Assembly: GCA_963824385.1 (NCBI GenBank)
Contig: CAWGPD010000002.1
Location: 32,001 to 96,000, forward strand
Origin: an uncultured Nitrososphaerota archaeon
GTDB taxonomy: Archaea; Thermoproteota; Nitrososphaeria; Nitrososphaerales; Nitrosopumilaceae
Direction: 5' to 3'
Length of the DNA: 64,000 nucleotides
Position 1 is the stretch's first letter; each line of letters begins with the position of its first letter. The notes below the pieces were generated by a model. The model saw only the letters and a program-made list of their open reading frames with translations, had not been told where the DNA came from and searched no databases. The position numbers were made by a program, and so were the translations under genes. Shown here piece by piece: positions 53,391-63,676 of this stretch.

Positions 53391-54260
53391 TCACTGAAAA
53401 TTAGTCTGATAAACTTTCTTTGGTTTAATTCTTTGATAAACAAACCTGACAAACAAGTAGAAAACAAACACTATACTTGTTATGAAAAAACTTACTGGAT
53501 ATGGCTCATAAAATGAAATAAAGAGCCCCAACCATGTTGCCATTAGAGCAATAATTACAGAGATTATGATAACTCGCTGTGGTCGTTTTGCTAATCGTTG
53601 AGCAGTTGCCGCTGGCGTAACCATTAATGAGAAAATAAGAAGGACACCAACTACTTGAACGGCAATTGATGCTGCAACTGCAACTAAAAGCATGAAAACA
53701 ATACCAAGTAAAAGCACAGGCATTCCCTTTGCCTCTGCTACTTCTTCATCAAGTGATGAGAATAATAGTGGCCGATATACAACTGCAACTGCAGTTAAGA
53801 TTATTGAACCAGTAACAAGTGTCAAAAGTACATCGTTGCTACTAATGCCCAGTATTTCTCCAAACAAGATAGAGTATGCCTCAGTAGCATAACCAGTATA
53901 GAGACTGATGAATAATACACCCATACCTAGCATAAATGCAAGAACTATACCGATCTGAGTATCACGATGGGCTGCACGAGGACCAAGTATGGCCATTACA
54001 AAGCCACTGACACTTGTAGATAATAAAAGACCAAAAACAGGCCTGATTCCAAATAATACTGCCCCTGCTGCACCAGCAAAACCAATGTGAGCAAGGGCAT
54101 GCGCTGCAAACGACGAACGACGCAAGACAACAAAGTAGCCAATAATGCCTGCTATGATTGCAACTATTGTTCCTGCCTCAAATGCATGTTGCATAAACTC
54201 GAACTGAAACATTTTTTGCAGATCTGCAATTAAATTAATGCTGAAGGGGATACTATTCAT
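53391..54260 (-). CDS. Zn/Mn-type metal ABC transporter permease
   Basis: GYFVVLRRSSFAAHALAH, LFGEILG, DEEVAEAKG, VVGVLL. Confidence 0.92.
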   Translation of the reverse strand: MNSIPFSINLIADLQKMFQFEFMQHAFEAGTIVAIIAGIIGYFVVLRRSSFAAHALAHIGFAGAAGAVLFGIRPVFGLLLSTSVSGFVMAILGPRAAHRDTQIGIVLAFMLGMGVLFISLYTGYATEAYSILFGEILGISSNDVLLTLVTGSIILTAVAVVYRPLLFSSLDEEVAEAKGMPVLLLGIVFMLLVAVAASIAVQVVGVLLIFSLMVTPAATAQRLAKRPQRVIIISVIIALMATWLGLFISFYEPYPVSFFITSIVFVFYLFVRFVYQRIKPKKVYQTNFQ

Positions 54261-55048
54261 GACCATGACTGTCCTCAATACCTATAATTGCAATATTTCC
54301 CTTGGAATCATTTAGTACCTCAATGGGAACCCCATACAAAGCAGTAAGAGACTCGGATGTCAGGACTTCTTTTGGTTTCCCAGTTGCTAGCTTGCCATTG
54401 GCGATGTAAACCACTTTATCAAGAAATGGTAAAAGAGGATTGATGTTATGAGCTATCAGTAATGCTGTAACGTTACGAGAACGAACTACGTTATTTACAA
54501 GTTGCAACAATTCTTTTTCGCGCCTCATGTCAAGATTTGATAATGGTTCATCAAGCAACAATATATCGGGATTACTTACCAATGCTTCTGCTAGAAATAT
54601 TCTTTGCAGTTCTCCACCTGACAATACACTGAGTGGATGATGTGCTAGCTCTTTTGCTCCAACAGCTTCCAGTGCATCAAAAGCAGCTTTACGATCTTTT
54701 TGGGAAAATAAATTAAAACCCCACTGTTTGCCGGAAAAACCTAATCGTACTAACTCAAGAGATTCAACATTAGTTTCGCTGTCAATTGTATGACGCTGGG
54801 GCACATAACCAATCTGCGGATTTCCACGCTTAGGAGGGGCATTAAATATCTTAATAGTACCGCTAATTGGTTGCTGCAAGCCAAGAAGTAGACGAAATAG
54901 AGTTGTCTTGCCTGCTCCGTTAGGACCAATAATTGCCACAAACTCACCTTGATCAATATCAAAACTGGCGTCACTCCAGACGGTCTTGTCCTGATAACCG
55001 GCTACTACATGCTCAGCATGTAATGATCTTGGAATGCAATGTACTCAT
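54253..55048 (-). CDS. Metal ABC transporter ATP-binding protein (apparent frameshift at ~55018)
   Basis: GPNGAGKTT, GYVPQ, LSGGELQR, LLLDEP. Confidence 0.92.
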
Positions 55049-55051
55049 TCA

Positions 55052-56022
55052 TCATTGTCCGAGGGCTTGGGCATTAAGTGCGTTTTGGAGAGAGAGTAAT
55101 TCTCCATTCATCCAATCTTGGAATGTAGTATCAGGTGGTTGTATGGTTTCCGTTACACCAACAATCGGAATGCCTTGTTTAGCAGCAAGTGCCTTGATAC
55201 TTTGCGTGAGCGGTGTTACTGTTTGTTCGTTGTATACCAATACGGTCACATTTCCACCCTGACCTTGTAGACTGCTGCTGAAATTGTACAACACTCTGTG
55301 CAGGTGGATCATTTCCTTCAGCGACAGCCTCCATAAATTCAGGAGGGGAGACAAGGTCAAGGCTTGTAGCATTTGCCAGATACTCAAAAATGCTCTCTGT
55401 GGATGCTACTCTTGTGCCATGGAACTGCTGCTTGATCTCGTTAATTCTACTATTATATTGTCCAAGTGATGCATTCAAGTTAGTATACTGTTGTGTATAA
55501 TATGCAGTATTAGTAGGATCGATAGAAACAAGATTTGAATACATCTTATTCACAGTTTCATTCACATAAACAGGATCATACCAGAAATGAGGATTGTCAC
55601 CATTTTTTTTTCCGATAAGATCTGCAACATTCAAAACTTTCTGATTTGGATTATTGCTTGCTGCAATAATTTTTATAGCCCAATCGTCATACCCGGCTCC
55701 ATTAACAATTACAAAATTAGCAGTTGCAATTGCTTGGGCATCGGCATTGTTGCTTTCGTATTCATGTGGATCTGCATTAGGATCTGAAACAATACTCAGC
55801 ACTTGGACATGTGTTCCTCCAAGCTGAGATACTAAACTACCCCAAAAATTTTCAGCTGCAACTATTTGTATCTTTGATGTTGAATTTAGATTAGCAGATG
55901 ATATTGTACTTTGTGTGTTTTGCTGTTGAGAAATACTAGTACTTGTCAAAACAACAACAGTCTATAATTATTGCAGCTGCAATTCCTCCGCCTATTATTG
56001 CAATCTTCTGTCCAGATTTCAC
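55052..56022 (-). CDS. Metal ABC transporter substrate-binding protein, ZnuA/TroA family (apparent frameshifts at ~55961 and ~55271)
   Basis: DPHEYE, NGAGYD, NPHFWYDP; TM anchor from GTG at 56022. Confidence 0.9.
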
Positions 56023-56036
56023 ATTGAGGATATAAT

Positions 56037-56066
56037 ATTAATAACTTATAATCTTTTGCTATTAAT
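56037..56066. promoter_or_regulatory. ATTAATA-N16-TATTAAT inverted repeat over the ABC operon TATA box (candidate NikR-type operator)
   Basis: Arms at 56037-56043 and 56060-56066; region is very AT-rich, so chance is possible. Confidence 0.4.
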
Positions 56067-56142
56067 TTCTATATTATAGATTGTTATAATTTATTAATTA
56101 TTCCATACTAACTTTATATACAGTTAATAATCATAATTCTGC

Positions 56143-56526
56143 ATGGGAATTATTAGCATATCTCTTAATGATAATATCTTAAAAGAAATGGATGATCTTC
56201 AGAAAGAATTTGGCTTTACAGGTAGGTCTGAATTAATAAGAGCAGGAATAAGGATGCTTTTGTCAGATAAACTAGAAAAAGAGAAACAAACTGGTGACAT
56301 TGGATGCGTCTTGACAGTTACGCATGAAGAAGATGACGAAGAATCTGTGACAAAAATAAAACACAGATATGAAAACATAATACAGACACATCTTCATTGT
56401 AAGATAAAGAATAACAAGTGTCTAGAATTGTTCATACTCAACGGCAAGGCAGTAAAGATCAATGAAATGTCACGTGAATTCCAAGCAAGTGATGAAATGG
56501 AACATGTAAAATTGACTACTACTTGA
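56143..56526 (+). CDS. NikR-family (RHH + ACT) metal-responsive regulator
   Basis: IISISL..GRSELIRAGIR ribbon-helix-helix; H..THLHC..CLE metal site. Confidence 0.88.
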   Translation: MGIISISLNDNILKEMDDLQKEFGFTGRSELIRAGIRMLLSDKLEKEKQTGDIGCVLTVTHEEDDEESVTKIKHRYENIIQTHLHCKIKNNKCLELFILNGKAVKINEMSREFQASDEMEHVKLTTT

Positions 56527-56771
56527 TTTCAATTTGAAATTTAGCAATTTCATTAAAATTTAGAAATTTTTTGGTCATTGGATCATATGATCTTTAACTA
56601 AAATTTGTTTTATTTATTCAGCTTTTGTAAAGAAATCTTTTGGTGTTGACATAATGTCATTCATTACATAGTAGAAAATAAAAATTGATCTAGTTTGAGC
56701 ATCAACAAAAGTCTTAACAACTTTTGTGATACATCATTTTTTCAATTGTAAAAATATGTATTTTCTTTTGA

Positions 56772-56945
56772 TTATTTTTTTGCTTTTGACGCTTCATCAT
56801 TTCCCAAGATCCTAACAACTCTAATTCCCGTAACAGAGCTTTTCCCAACTACCGCCCATCGCTTGTTTTTTAGTTGAACTATTTCTGGATCCAGAATCTT
56901 TACTTTCTTTCTTGCTTTTACGTCATATGCTTCCCATTCAGTCAT
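56772..56945 (-). CDS. Small basic CC1/DUF5679-like protein
   Basis: AYDVKARKKV...AVVGKSSVTGIRVVRILG, 57 aa. Confidence 0.7.
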   Translation of the reverse strand: MTEWEAYDVKARKKVKILDPEIVQLKNKRWAVVGKSSVTGIRVVRILGNDEASKAKK

Positions 56946-57064
56946 TAAACACCATATCATAAATCACTATATTAATTTTTAATAAATTCTTATTATATAT
57001 TATATTTTAAATCATATATTAATAATAAGAATTATATAGTAAGCGATTATTAAGTAATAACAAG

Positions 57065-57319
57065 ATGACCAAAATGATCTCTGTAAACATTGAGACAAAC
57101 GGATATGGCGCATCAGATCCAAAAGATTGGGCAAATGAATTATCCAACGTATACGCAGATGTTGAACTTGCAGACCTTAGCGTATCAGGAAATATGATTT
57201 TGTTCAAAATGGGGTTCTCAGGAATGGATGATACCAGTCCAGAAGACGTCAAGATGAAGATAGAAGAATACCTGACAATGAATGAGGCATTTGAGACGAG
57301 GAATATTTCTTGCCACTAA
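57065..57319 (+). CDS. Small acidic hypothetical protein
   Basis: 84-aa ORF with TTATATA at promoter distance. Confidence 0.7.
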   Translation: MTKMISVNIETNGYGASDPKDWANELSNVYADVELADLSVSGNMILFKMGFSGMDDTSPEDVKMKIEEYLTMNEAFETRNISCH

Positions 57320-58047
57320 ATCCTTTTTTATTATTTATTACTGCAATATTGGTCCTATTCCCAATGGGGCAAGTAACAAAGGTTTTTGGTGTTGAGCAAA
57401 ATGTAAATCTAAACTCAAACGAAAATACTTCTGTAACACCACCAACAAAACTTTGCAACATGAAATTACATCCAAGTGTGGACTTGAGCAACTGTCATTG
57501 GTATAATCTTAGTATTCATAATGCTAATATGTATGGCGCTAATATGTCCGGAAGTGTTTTTGTAAACGCAGATTTGTTTGGTGTCAATCTTCAAAATGCA
57601 GATCTCCAAAATGTAGACTTAAAGGGTGTAAACCTTTCAGGTGTAAATCTTTCAGGTACAAACCTTCGTGGTGCTGACCTTAGATATGCAGTTATTTGGT
57701 CCACAAATTTTAATGGCGCAGATCTTAGAGATGCCAAGTTTACTGATTCTACATTTCCATGGTCCACCTTTCAAGATGCAAACATGCAAGGTGCAATATT
57801 CACACAAGCCCAATTCAATGGTGTTGATTTTACAAATGCAAATTTGGCAGGTGTAGATCTTTCATATTGTGTATGTCAGACTTCTACTTTTACACGTGCT
57901 AATCTAGAATATGCGAACCTTTCTGATGCATCTCTTGTCGGGGACATCTTCCACCTTGCACACCTTCATGGTGCTAACACACAAGGATCTGATATTTCTG
58001 GTATTGATAACTCATGTTATGGAAACGAAATATGTACTTTCAAATAA
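57310..58047 (+). CDS. Secreted pentapeptide-repeat protein
   Basis: Signal peptide; long A(D/N)LxG repeat run. Confidence 0.88.
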   Translation: MPLNPFLLFITAILVLFPMGQVTKVFGVEQNVNLNSNENTSVTPPTKLCNMKLHPSVDLSNCHWYNLSIHNANMYGANMSGSVFVNADLFGVNLQNADLQNVDLKGVNLSGVNLSGTNLRGADLRYAVIWSTNFNGADLRDAKFTDSTFPWSTFQDANMQGAIFTQAQFNGVDFTNANLAGVDLSYCVCQTSTFTRANLEYANLSDASLVGDIFHLAHLHGANTQGSDISGIDNSCYGNEICTFK

Positions 58048-58066
58048 TTTTATTATGTGGAAAAAT

Positions 58067-58462
58067 ATGAGTACAATTTACAAGTTAATATCAAAGACAA
58101 AATTTCATTCATACAAGCTTGAAAGCGAGAATAATCTTTTTACATGTATTCTAGATTACCGTGGTTCTAATACCACTACAATCTTTCAGATTGGCTTTAC
58201 AGATATTTTTTACAAACCATTGTATTTCTCTGATGGAGATCTTACTGATATCAACATCTATTATGTAAAGAGTAAAAATCTAAAAGATGCAACAGAAGTA
58301 AGCAAGGTAATCAAGTTCAATCCTGGAACTTCAGAATGGCATCCTGCAAAAGATGACATTGAAGATACACATGGATGGATATTCATTTCTAGAGTCTTAG
58401 ATACATCATCAACAGAAATACAACAGATACTTCAACTTGAGGAAAAAATAAATTCAAAATAA
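58067..58462 (+). CDS. Hypothetical protein
   Basis: Open frame ending 3 bp before the ClpP-like gene; start uncertain. Confidence 0.55.
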   Translation: MSTIYKLISKTKFHSYKLESENNLFTCILDYRGSNTTTIFQIGFTDIFYKPLYFSDGDLTDINIYYVKSKNLKDATEVSKVIKFNPGTSEWHPAKDDIEDTHGWIFISRVLDTSSTEIQQILQLEEKINSK

Positions 58463-58465
58463 GAT

Positions 58466-59034
58466 ATGACACAAGAACTAGAATCAAAATCTGTTGCAAT
58501 TAGACTAAATGGTCCTATCAATAATTCTACAATCAATTCATTAATGAGTACAATTGACAACAAGATGAAAGAAGGAATAAATGATTTTGTACTTCTTCTT
58601 TCTTCACATGGAGGAGATACTGCCGCAGGTTTGACAGGATATAATTATCTAAAAGGCATTGCCTGTGAAAATAACTACCTGCAACATTGGAACTGTATCA
58701 TCCATAACAACAGTGCTTTATTGTACCGGCAGTAGACGTATTTCAGTACCGCATGCAAAATTTTTGATTCATGAACCATACTGGACATTTGAGCAATCAA
58801 GTTTAAATGAAGGAGAGGTTGATGAGATATTAAAACGGTTAACAGCATACAAACAAAATGTAGCAAAGGTCATAGCAATCAACACAGGAAAGACTACTCT
58901 TGAAGTTCTAAACATTATGCATCAAAGAACTACGTTTACTCCAGATGAGGCTGTAACGTGGGGATTAGTACATGAAAATCAATTCAGAATTATTCAAAGA
59001 ACATTCAGAAGTCATTTCAATCATCAAGGATTGA
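58466..59034 (+). CDS. ClpP-like protease family protein (apparent frameshifts at ~58655 and ~58977)
   Basis: LNGPIN, LSSHGG, NIGTVSS, FLIHEP, FTPDEAVTWGLV. Confidence 0.75.
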
Positions 59035-59100
59035 TCTATCATAATTTCAAAAACTTGTAAAACTAGTTGCAATGTAAAAAATTTTATTTTTTTAATATAA

Positions 59101-60033
59101 CTATATTCCATTTTCATTAAGAATTAGTGCGAGAAGTGCGGCACGTGTATCTTTTCCATATTGTGCTTGTTTAAAGTATTTGGCCTGTTTTGTAGAATCT
59201 ATTTCTGGAGATATCTCATCAAGACGAGGTAGTGGATGCATTATGATAGCATCATCTTTTATTTTCTTTACAAGTTCTGTACCAATTTTATAGCTTCCTC
59301 TTACTTTAACATATTCTTCAATGTCAGCAAATCTTTCTTTTTGTATTCTTGTTACATATATTACATCTAGGTCTTCAAGATTTTCTTCCAGATCACTAGT
59401 CTCAGTGTATTGAAGTTTTTTTCTTATTTCATAAGTTGAATCAGATCGAATTTTAAGTGAAGGAGGAGATATCAATTTTACATCAACATTGTAATTGCTC
59501 AAAGCATGTAAAAGAGAGTATACTGTTCTTCCATATTTTAGGTCACCAACAATTCCTATTTTGAGACCATCAATTTTCTTTTTTTCTTTTCTAATTGTAT
59601 AAAGATCAAGAATTGCCTGTGTTGGATGCTCTTCTGTACCACTTCCTGCATTTATCAGTGGTTTTTCTGAAATTTCAGCAGCAAATCTGCTAGAACCATC
59701 AAGTTGATGCCTAAGAACCAAGACATCAGAATACAAAGACATAATTTTTACAGTATCTGCAAGGCTTTCGCCCTTTTTCGCAGAAGATGATGAGGCATCA
59801 GATATTCCAAGGGATGCTCCCCCGATTGAGGCCATTGCTGCCTCAAAGCTTAGTCTGGTTCTAGTGCTAGGTTCAAAGAATAGATATCCAAGTGTCTTTC
59901 CACGTACAAGTTCTCTTTTCTCATTTGGGTTCATCTCAATTATTTTATCAGTTGCTTGGAAAACAGTTTCAAACTTTTGTTTATCAAAATCTCTCACTGA
60001 GACAATATCTTTTTGGAAAAAAGAATTGCTCAT
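59101..60033 (-). CDS. pyrB: Aspartate carbamoyltransferase catalytic subunit
   Basis: FFEPSTRTRLSF, HPTQAILD, GDLKYGRTV, MHPLPR. Confidence 0.97.
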   Translation of the reverse strand: MSNSFFQKDIVSVRDFDKQKFETVFQATDKIIEMNPNEKRELVRGKTLGYLFFEPSTRTRLSFEAAMASIGGASLGISDASSSSAKKGESLADTVKIMSLYSDVLVLRHQLDGSSRFAAEISEKPLINAGSGTEEHPTQAILDLYTIRKEKKKIDGLKIGIVGDLKYGRTVYSLLHALSNYNVDVKLISPPSLKIRSDSTYEIRKKLQYTETSDLEENLEDLDVIYVTRIQKERFADIEEYVKVRGSYKIGTELVKKIKDDAIIMHPLPRLDEISPEIDSTKQAKYFKQAQYGKDTRAALLALILNENGI

Positions 60034-60076
60034 TAGCAATTCACTATTATATATGAGTAGTATACAAACTATTCCA

Positions 60077-60538
60077 ATGTCAGAATCTGATCTTATTGTA
60101 AGAAGAATCAAGAATGGAACTGTAATTGATCATATTGAATCCGGAAAAGGACTAAAAGTATTGAGTGCATTGGGAATAGACGGTAGAGACGGTAATGTAA
60201 TTACAATTGCATTAAATGTTCCAAGTTCCAAGGTTGCAAAAAAAGATATCATAAAAGTTGAGAACAAGTTTCTACAAGATACAGATACTAACAAACTTGC
60301 ACTTATTGCGCCAAAAGCAACAGTGAACATAATTCGAGATTACAAATTAGTTGAGAAGAGACGTGTTGCCTTGCCAAATCAAATTGAGAGAATTTTCCGA
60401 TGTTCAAATCCAGATTGTATAACAAACAGTGATGAAGATATTCAACCCATCATGGACGTTGTTGACAAAACAGGACTTGTTCTAAGATGCAGATATTGTA
60501 CAAGAACTTTGGATGTTAATGAATTAAAATATTATTAA
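60077..60538 (+). CDS. pyrI: Aspartate carbamoyltransferase regulatory subunit
   Basis: IKNGTVIDHI, KKDIIK, CSNPDCITN, CRYC. Confidence 0.96.
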   Translation: MSESDLIVRRIKNGTVIDHIESGKGLKVLSALGIDGRDGNVITIALNVPSSKVAKKDIIKVENKFLQDTDTNKLALIAPKATVNIIRDYKLVEKRRVALPNQIERIFRCSNPDCITNSDEDIQPIMDVVDKTGLVLRCRYCTRTLDVNELKYY

Positions 60539-60543
60539 AATTT

Positions 60544-62559
60544 CTATTTCTTTTCTATTTGCATTTCATATTGGTCAAAAGTAAACTTTCTTGCAGTTCC
60601 AAATGGTTTGAATGCTCTTCCGTTACCATGATAGAACTTTGAGAAGAATTCAACATAGATCAACCTAGCTCCCTGAATACCTGGTTCAAAGACACCAATT
60701 ATGATATTGAATATGTGGCCTATGAATAGTATCATTGTTCCAAGAATAATGAAAGGAATTCCATGATGTAGTGTTTTGAAAAAGATAAAGTCAATTACAT
60801 CAGCCAAGATTACAGATGCTAACAAAATACCAATAAGTCTGGTGTATGAGAGTATGTGACTTACAATAGATGGCAACTCCATGATTGCCCTTGGACCCTC
60901 TCCAACAAACATCAGTCCAATTCCACCTATCATCAAGCCAATGTAGGCTGCACCTTGTGTACTATGTACTGGATTAACGTGTTGATGATGCATTAGTGCA
61001 AGGCCAAAGAGTACTACACCCCAACCAAAGAGTAACCAGCCCACTTTACCAATTGCATGTTTTTTGAGACCTTCACGCATACTGTTCAAAATACCAAGAA
61101 TTAGACCAAATGAAACCATTCCAAGACCAATGTATCCACTGATGAGCAATAATTTTCTTAGACTAGTAATTGGACTGAATATTGTTCCATCTGCTGGAAG
61201 ATGCAGGCCAAAATGGCTATTGAGAAAACCAAATAGATAGCCGTTAAGATGGAATCCAAAGTAGAGGTTAAACACAAATCCTAATCCTATTGCAATGATA
61301 GCACCTGGTGTCATTGCTTTTGCAAGTTTTACCATCTGACGTCTTTTCAGTATATTCAACGCAAAATTTTTCAGCATGCCAGGCATTATGTTGATGTCTT
61401 TTTTTCCACCTTCGATTCTTCGGATAACCCACCGACAAACTAGAAGTATAAAAAGTCCATATCCTGCATCTCCTACCATCATACCATAGAATATCGGGAA
61501 GAGTAAACCAAAGATGAGTGTAGGATCAAATTCTTTGCCTTCGGGTAAAGAATAGAACCTGATAAAGGCCTCAAACAGTTTGAATCTTTTTGGATTATCA
61601 AATTGTGTAGGTGGATGCTCATCTGTTTCAAGTTCAAACAGCATTGTACCTTTGGTATTTTTTTCAAATACTGCTCTTAGTTGATTTACCTTTAATTTTG
61701 GTACCCAGCCTTCAAGTGCAAACGAGTCGGATGTAACTCCCAAGTTATCAATGACTTCAAGTTTTCTATTCTCAATTTCGAGTTGCTCCTCTACGCATAC
61801 AATATCAACATAATGAGCCTTTGAGATTTCATCTAGTTGTCTCTCAACTTCTTTTAGTTTTTGTGAGATCTCGGATTGTTTTGTTTTTAGTTTTTGAATT
61901 AGCTGGTCTGCCTTTCCATCTAGTTTTGGAACTGCCTCCAACTTTACATCATATTCTTGAACTATAGTGGCAAGTGCATGTGGCGGAAAGTTTGGAAATG
62001 TGACAAGAACCATACTTGTGTTATCTTTTCCTTCCTTAGTATTGATAAAAACATCTTGGCTGTTAACATCAAGTGCCTTTTTGAAAGCAGAATAGTTCTT
62101 TGAATTCATCCTACCAAAGTAAGAGTGGGCCATCTTTAATTGAAGAACACTAAAATCCTCTGCAAAAAATGAGAATTCTTCAACTAGTTTGATATTGTTT
62201 TCTGTTTCATTGAATTGTGTTAGAAGACTTTCCTTTTCTTTTTCCAAGGTTGCAACGTTGCTATCGATATCAATAGATTGCGCAGCTTTCATTATTTGGT
62301 CTACGGAGGTAAATCTCTGACATTGTGTAGCTGCAATTGGGGGAAGAATGGTTCTCAGAGCCTTCATTCGTAAAAGTTGATCTGAAACTTGTCTGAATAG
62401 ATCATTGTCACGCTCATTTCTTAACATAGGGATAACATCTTTTGAGAGCGGTTCTAGCTGTACAACATTAAGATCGTGTAAAATAGATACTACAATCTGA
62501 TTTTCTTTTCGCAATCCAAGCACTGCAATTTTTTGCATTGGAGTTGGTTTTAGAACCAA
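60544..62559 (-). CDS. atpI: A/V-type ATPase subunit I (a)
   Basis: LEGWVP, YSLP..EFDPT, GMMVGDAGYG, SHILSYTRL, RLIYVEFFSKFY. Confidence 0.95.
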   Translation of the reverse strand: MVLKPTPMQKIAVLGLRKENQIVVSILHDLNVVQLEPLSKDVIPMLRNERDNDLFRQVSDQLLRMKALRTILPPIAATQCQRFTSVDQIMKAAQSIDIDSNVATLEKEKESLLTQFNETENNIKLVEEFSFFAEDFSVLQLKMAHSYFGRMNSKNYSAFKKALDVNSQDVFINTKEGKDNTSMVLVTFPNFPPHALATIVQEYDVKLEAVPKLDGKADQLIQKLKTKQSEISQKLKEVERQLDEISKAHYVDIVCVEEQLEIENRKLEVIDNLGVTSDSFALEGWVPKLKVNQLRAVFEKNTKGTMLFELETDEHPPTQFDNPKRFKLFEAFIRFYSLPEGKEFDPTLIFGLLFPIFYGMMVGDAGYGLFILLVCRWVIRRIEGGKKDINIMPGMLKNFALNILKRRQMVKLAKAMTPGAIIAIGLGFVFNLYFGFHLNGYLFGFLNSHFGLHLPADGTIFSPITSLRKLLLISGYIGLGMVSFGLILGILNSMREGLKKHAIGKVGWLLFGWGVVLFGLALMHHQHVNPVHSTQGAAYIGLMIGGIGLMFVGEGPRAIMELPSIVSHILSYTRLIGILLASVILADVIDFIFFKTLHHGIPFIILGTMILFIGHIFNIIIGVFEPGIQGARLIYVEFFSKFYHGNGRAFKPFGTARKFTFDQYEMQIEKK

Positions 62560-62562
62560 GAT

Positions 62563-62886
62563 CTATACCTCTTTTAGTAAAATGTCAATTATTTCTTTAA
62601 CTGTATGAGAATCAATTTTTGAAGAAATTGTTTTTGCCTTATTTTTTGCTTCCTCGACAATTTTTTCTGTTTCAGCATTTGCTTTCTTTCTTGCCTGATC
62701 TATAGATGATTCAACTAATTTTTCTCCATCTGATTTTGTAGTTGTAATTGATTGAGTAACATGAACTTCTAAATTTCTTAATTCCTCGGATATTTTCTTC
62801 TTTTGTTCATCAATTTCTTTTTGAATGCTATCTTCTGCTTCTTTAATTTTTGCAAGTGAATGTACGTATTTTTCTGATGTAGACAT
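62563..62886 (-). CDS. atpH: A/V-type ATPase subunit H/G (peripheral stalk)
   Basis: LAKIKEAE; charged coiled coil between atpD and atpI. Confidence 0.8.
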   Translation of the reverse strand: MSTSEKYVHSLAKIKEAEDSIQKEIDEQKKKISEELRNLEVHVTQSITTTKSDGEKLVESSIDQARKKANAETEKIVEEAKNKAKTISSKIDSHTVKEIIDILLKEV

Positions 62887-63005
62887 TTTAGACTCCCAAA
62901 AAGTGCTTACCTGCGTATAGTGCTAAAGCAACAGTAGCAAGAATATTTCCTAGCTTAAATGCTCTAATTATCATAAAGAATCTTCTCTGTTGGGAATTTA
63001 CAAAT

Positions 63006-63674
63006 CTAGGCAAGAATTTCTTTCTCCTTTTTCAGTAAGGCTTCTTGTTCTCTCTCCCCCATCTTTCGTTTTACAGTCTTTAGCATCATGAAGGTATCTC
63101 GTTCCATCTCATCTAGTCTGAATATGATGAATTTGATTGCAGCTAACAATCTTGGGATGAATACATTTTCAATAGCATTAGATTTTCTTTTTGTTTTTTC
63201 GATTTCAAGCAATAGTTTACGAAGTGTTGTTTCTTTTTCAGCAACATCAAGAACCATCTTGTGTACATTCTGAAATGCTTTGATTGCTTCATTAATTGAT
63301 GGAGGCAATTCCAAGAGATGTTCTGTAAGCGCTTGATTGCTTTTTCCACCCTCAATCTTTGGAATTCGAACACCCATAACGTTCTTTGGAGTAATATGTA
63401 ATTTATTTAATTGTGGTATCTTCATGGCTTCATTTTCTAGTCTCATAGCGCCAGCAAGCATCTCGGCCATTCGAATGGCTTGGTATCCTTTTACTAGTTC
63501 TGCTTGAAGACCGCTTCTAAGTGAGGCTACACTCTTGCTGGTGTTAAAGAACTCCAAAATTAGTGCCTGTCTTTTTAGCTTGAGTAATTTCAGACCTTTT
63601 TTTGCAACAATAATTCTTCTTTTTGTACGGATGTATTCAAGACGGGTTGGTCTAATGTTAATTACTGATGGCAA
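63006..63674 (-). CDS. atpD: A/V-type ATPase subunit D
   Basis: RPTRLE, GLKLLKLKRQAL, NVMGVRIP, EIEKTKRKSNAIE. Confidence 0.95.
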   Translation of the reverse strand: MPSVINIRPTRLEYIRTKRRIIVAKKGLKLLKLKRQALILEFFNTSKSVASLRSGLQAELVKGYQAIRMAEMLAGAMRLENEAMKIPQLNKLHITPKNVMGVRIPKIEGGKSNQALTEHLLELPPSINEAIKAFQNVHKMVLDVAEKETTLRKLLLEIEKTKRKSNAIENVFIPRLLAAIKFIIFRLDEMERDTFMMLKTVKRKMGEREQEALLKKEKEILA

Positions 63675-63676
63675 TT

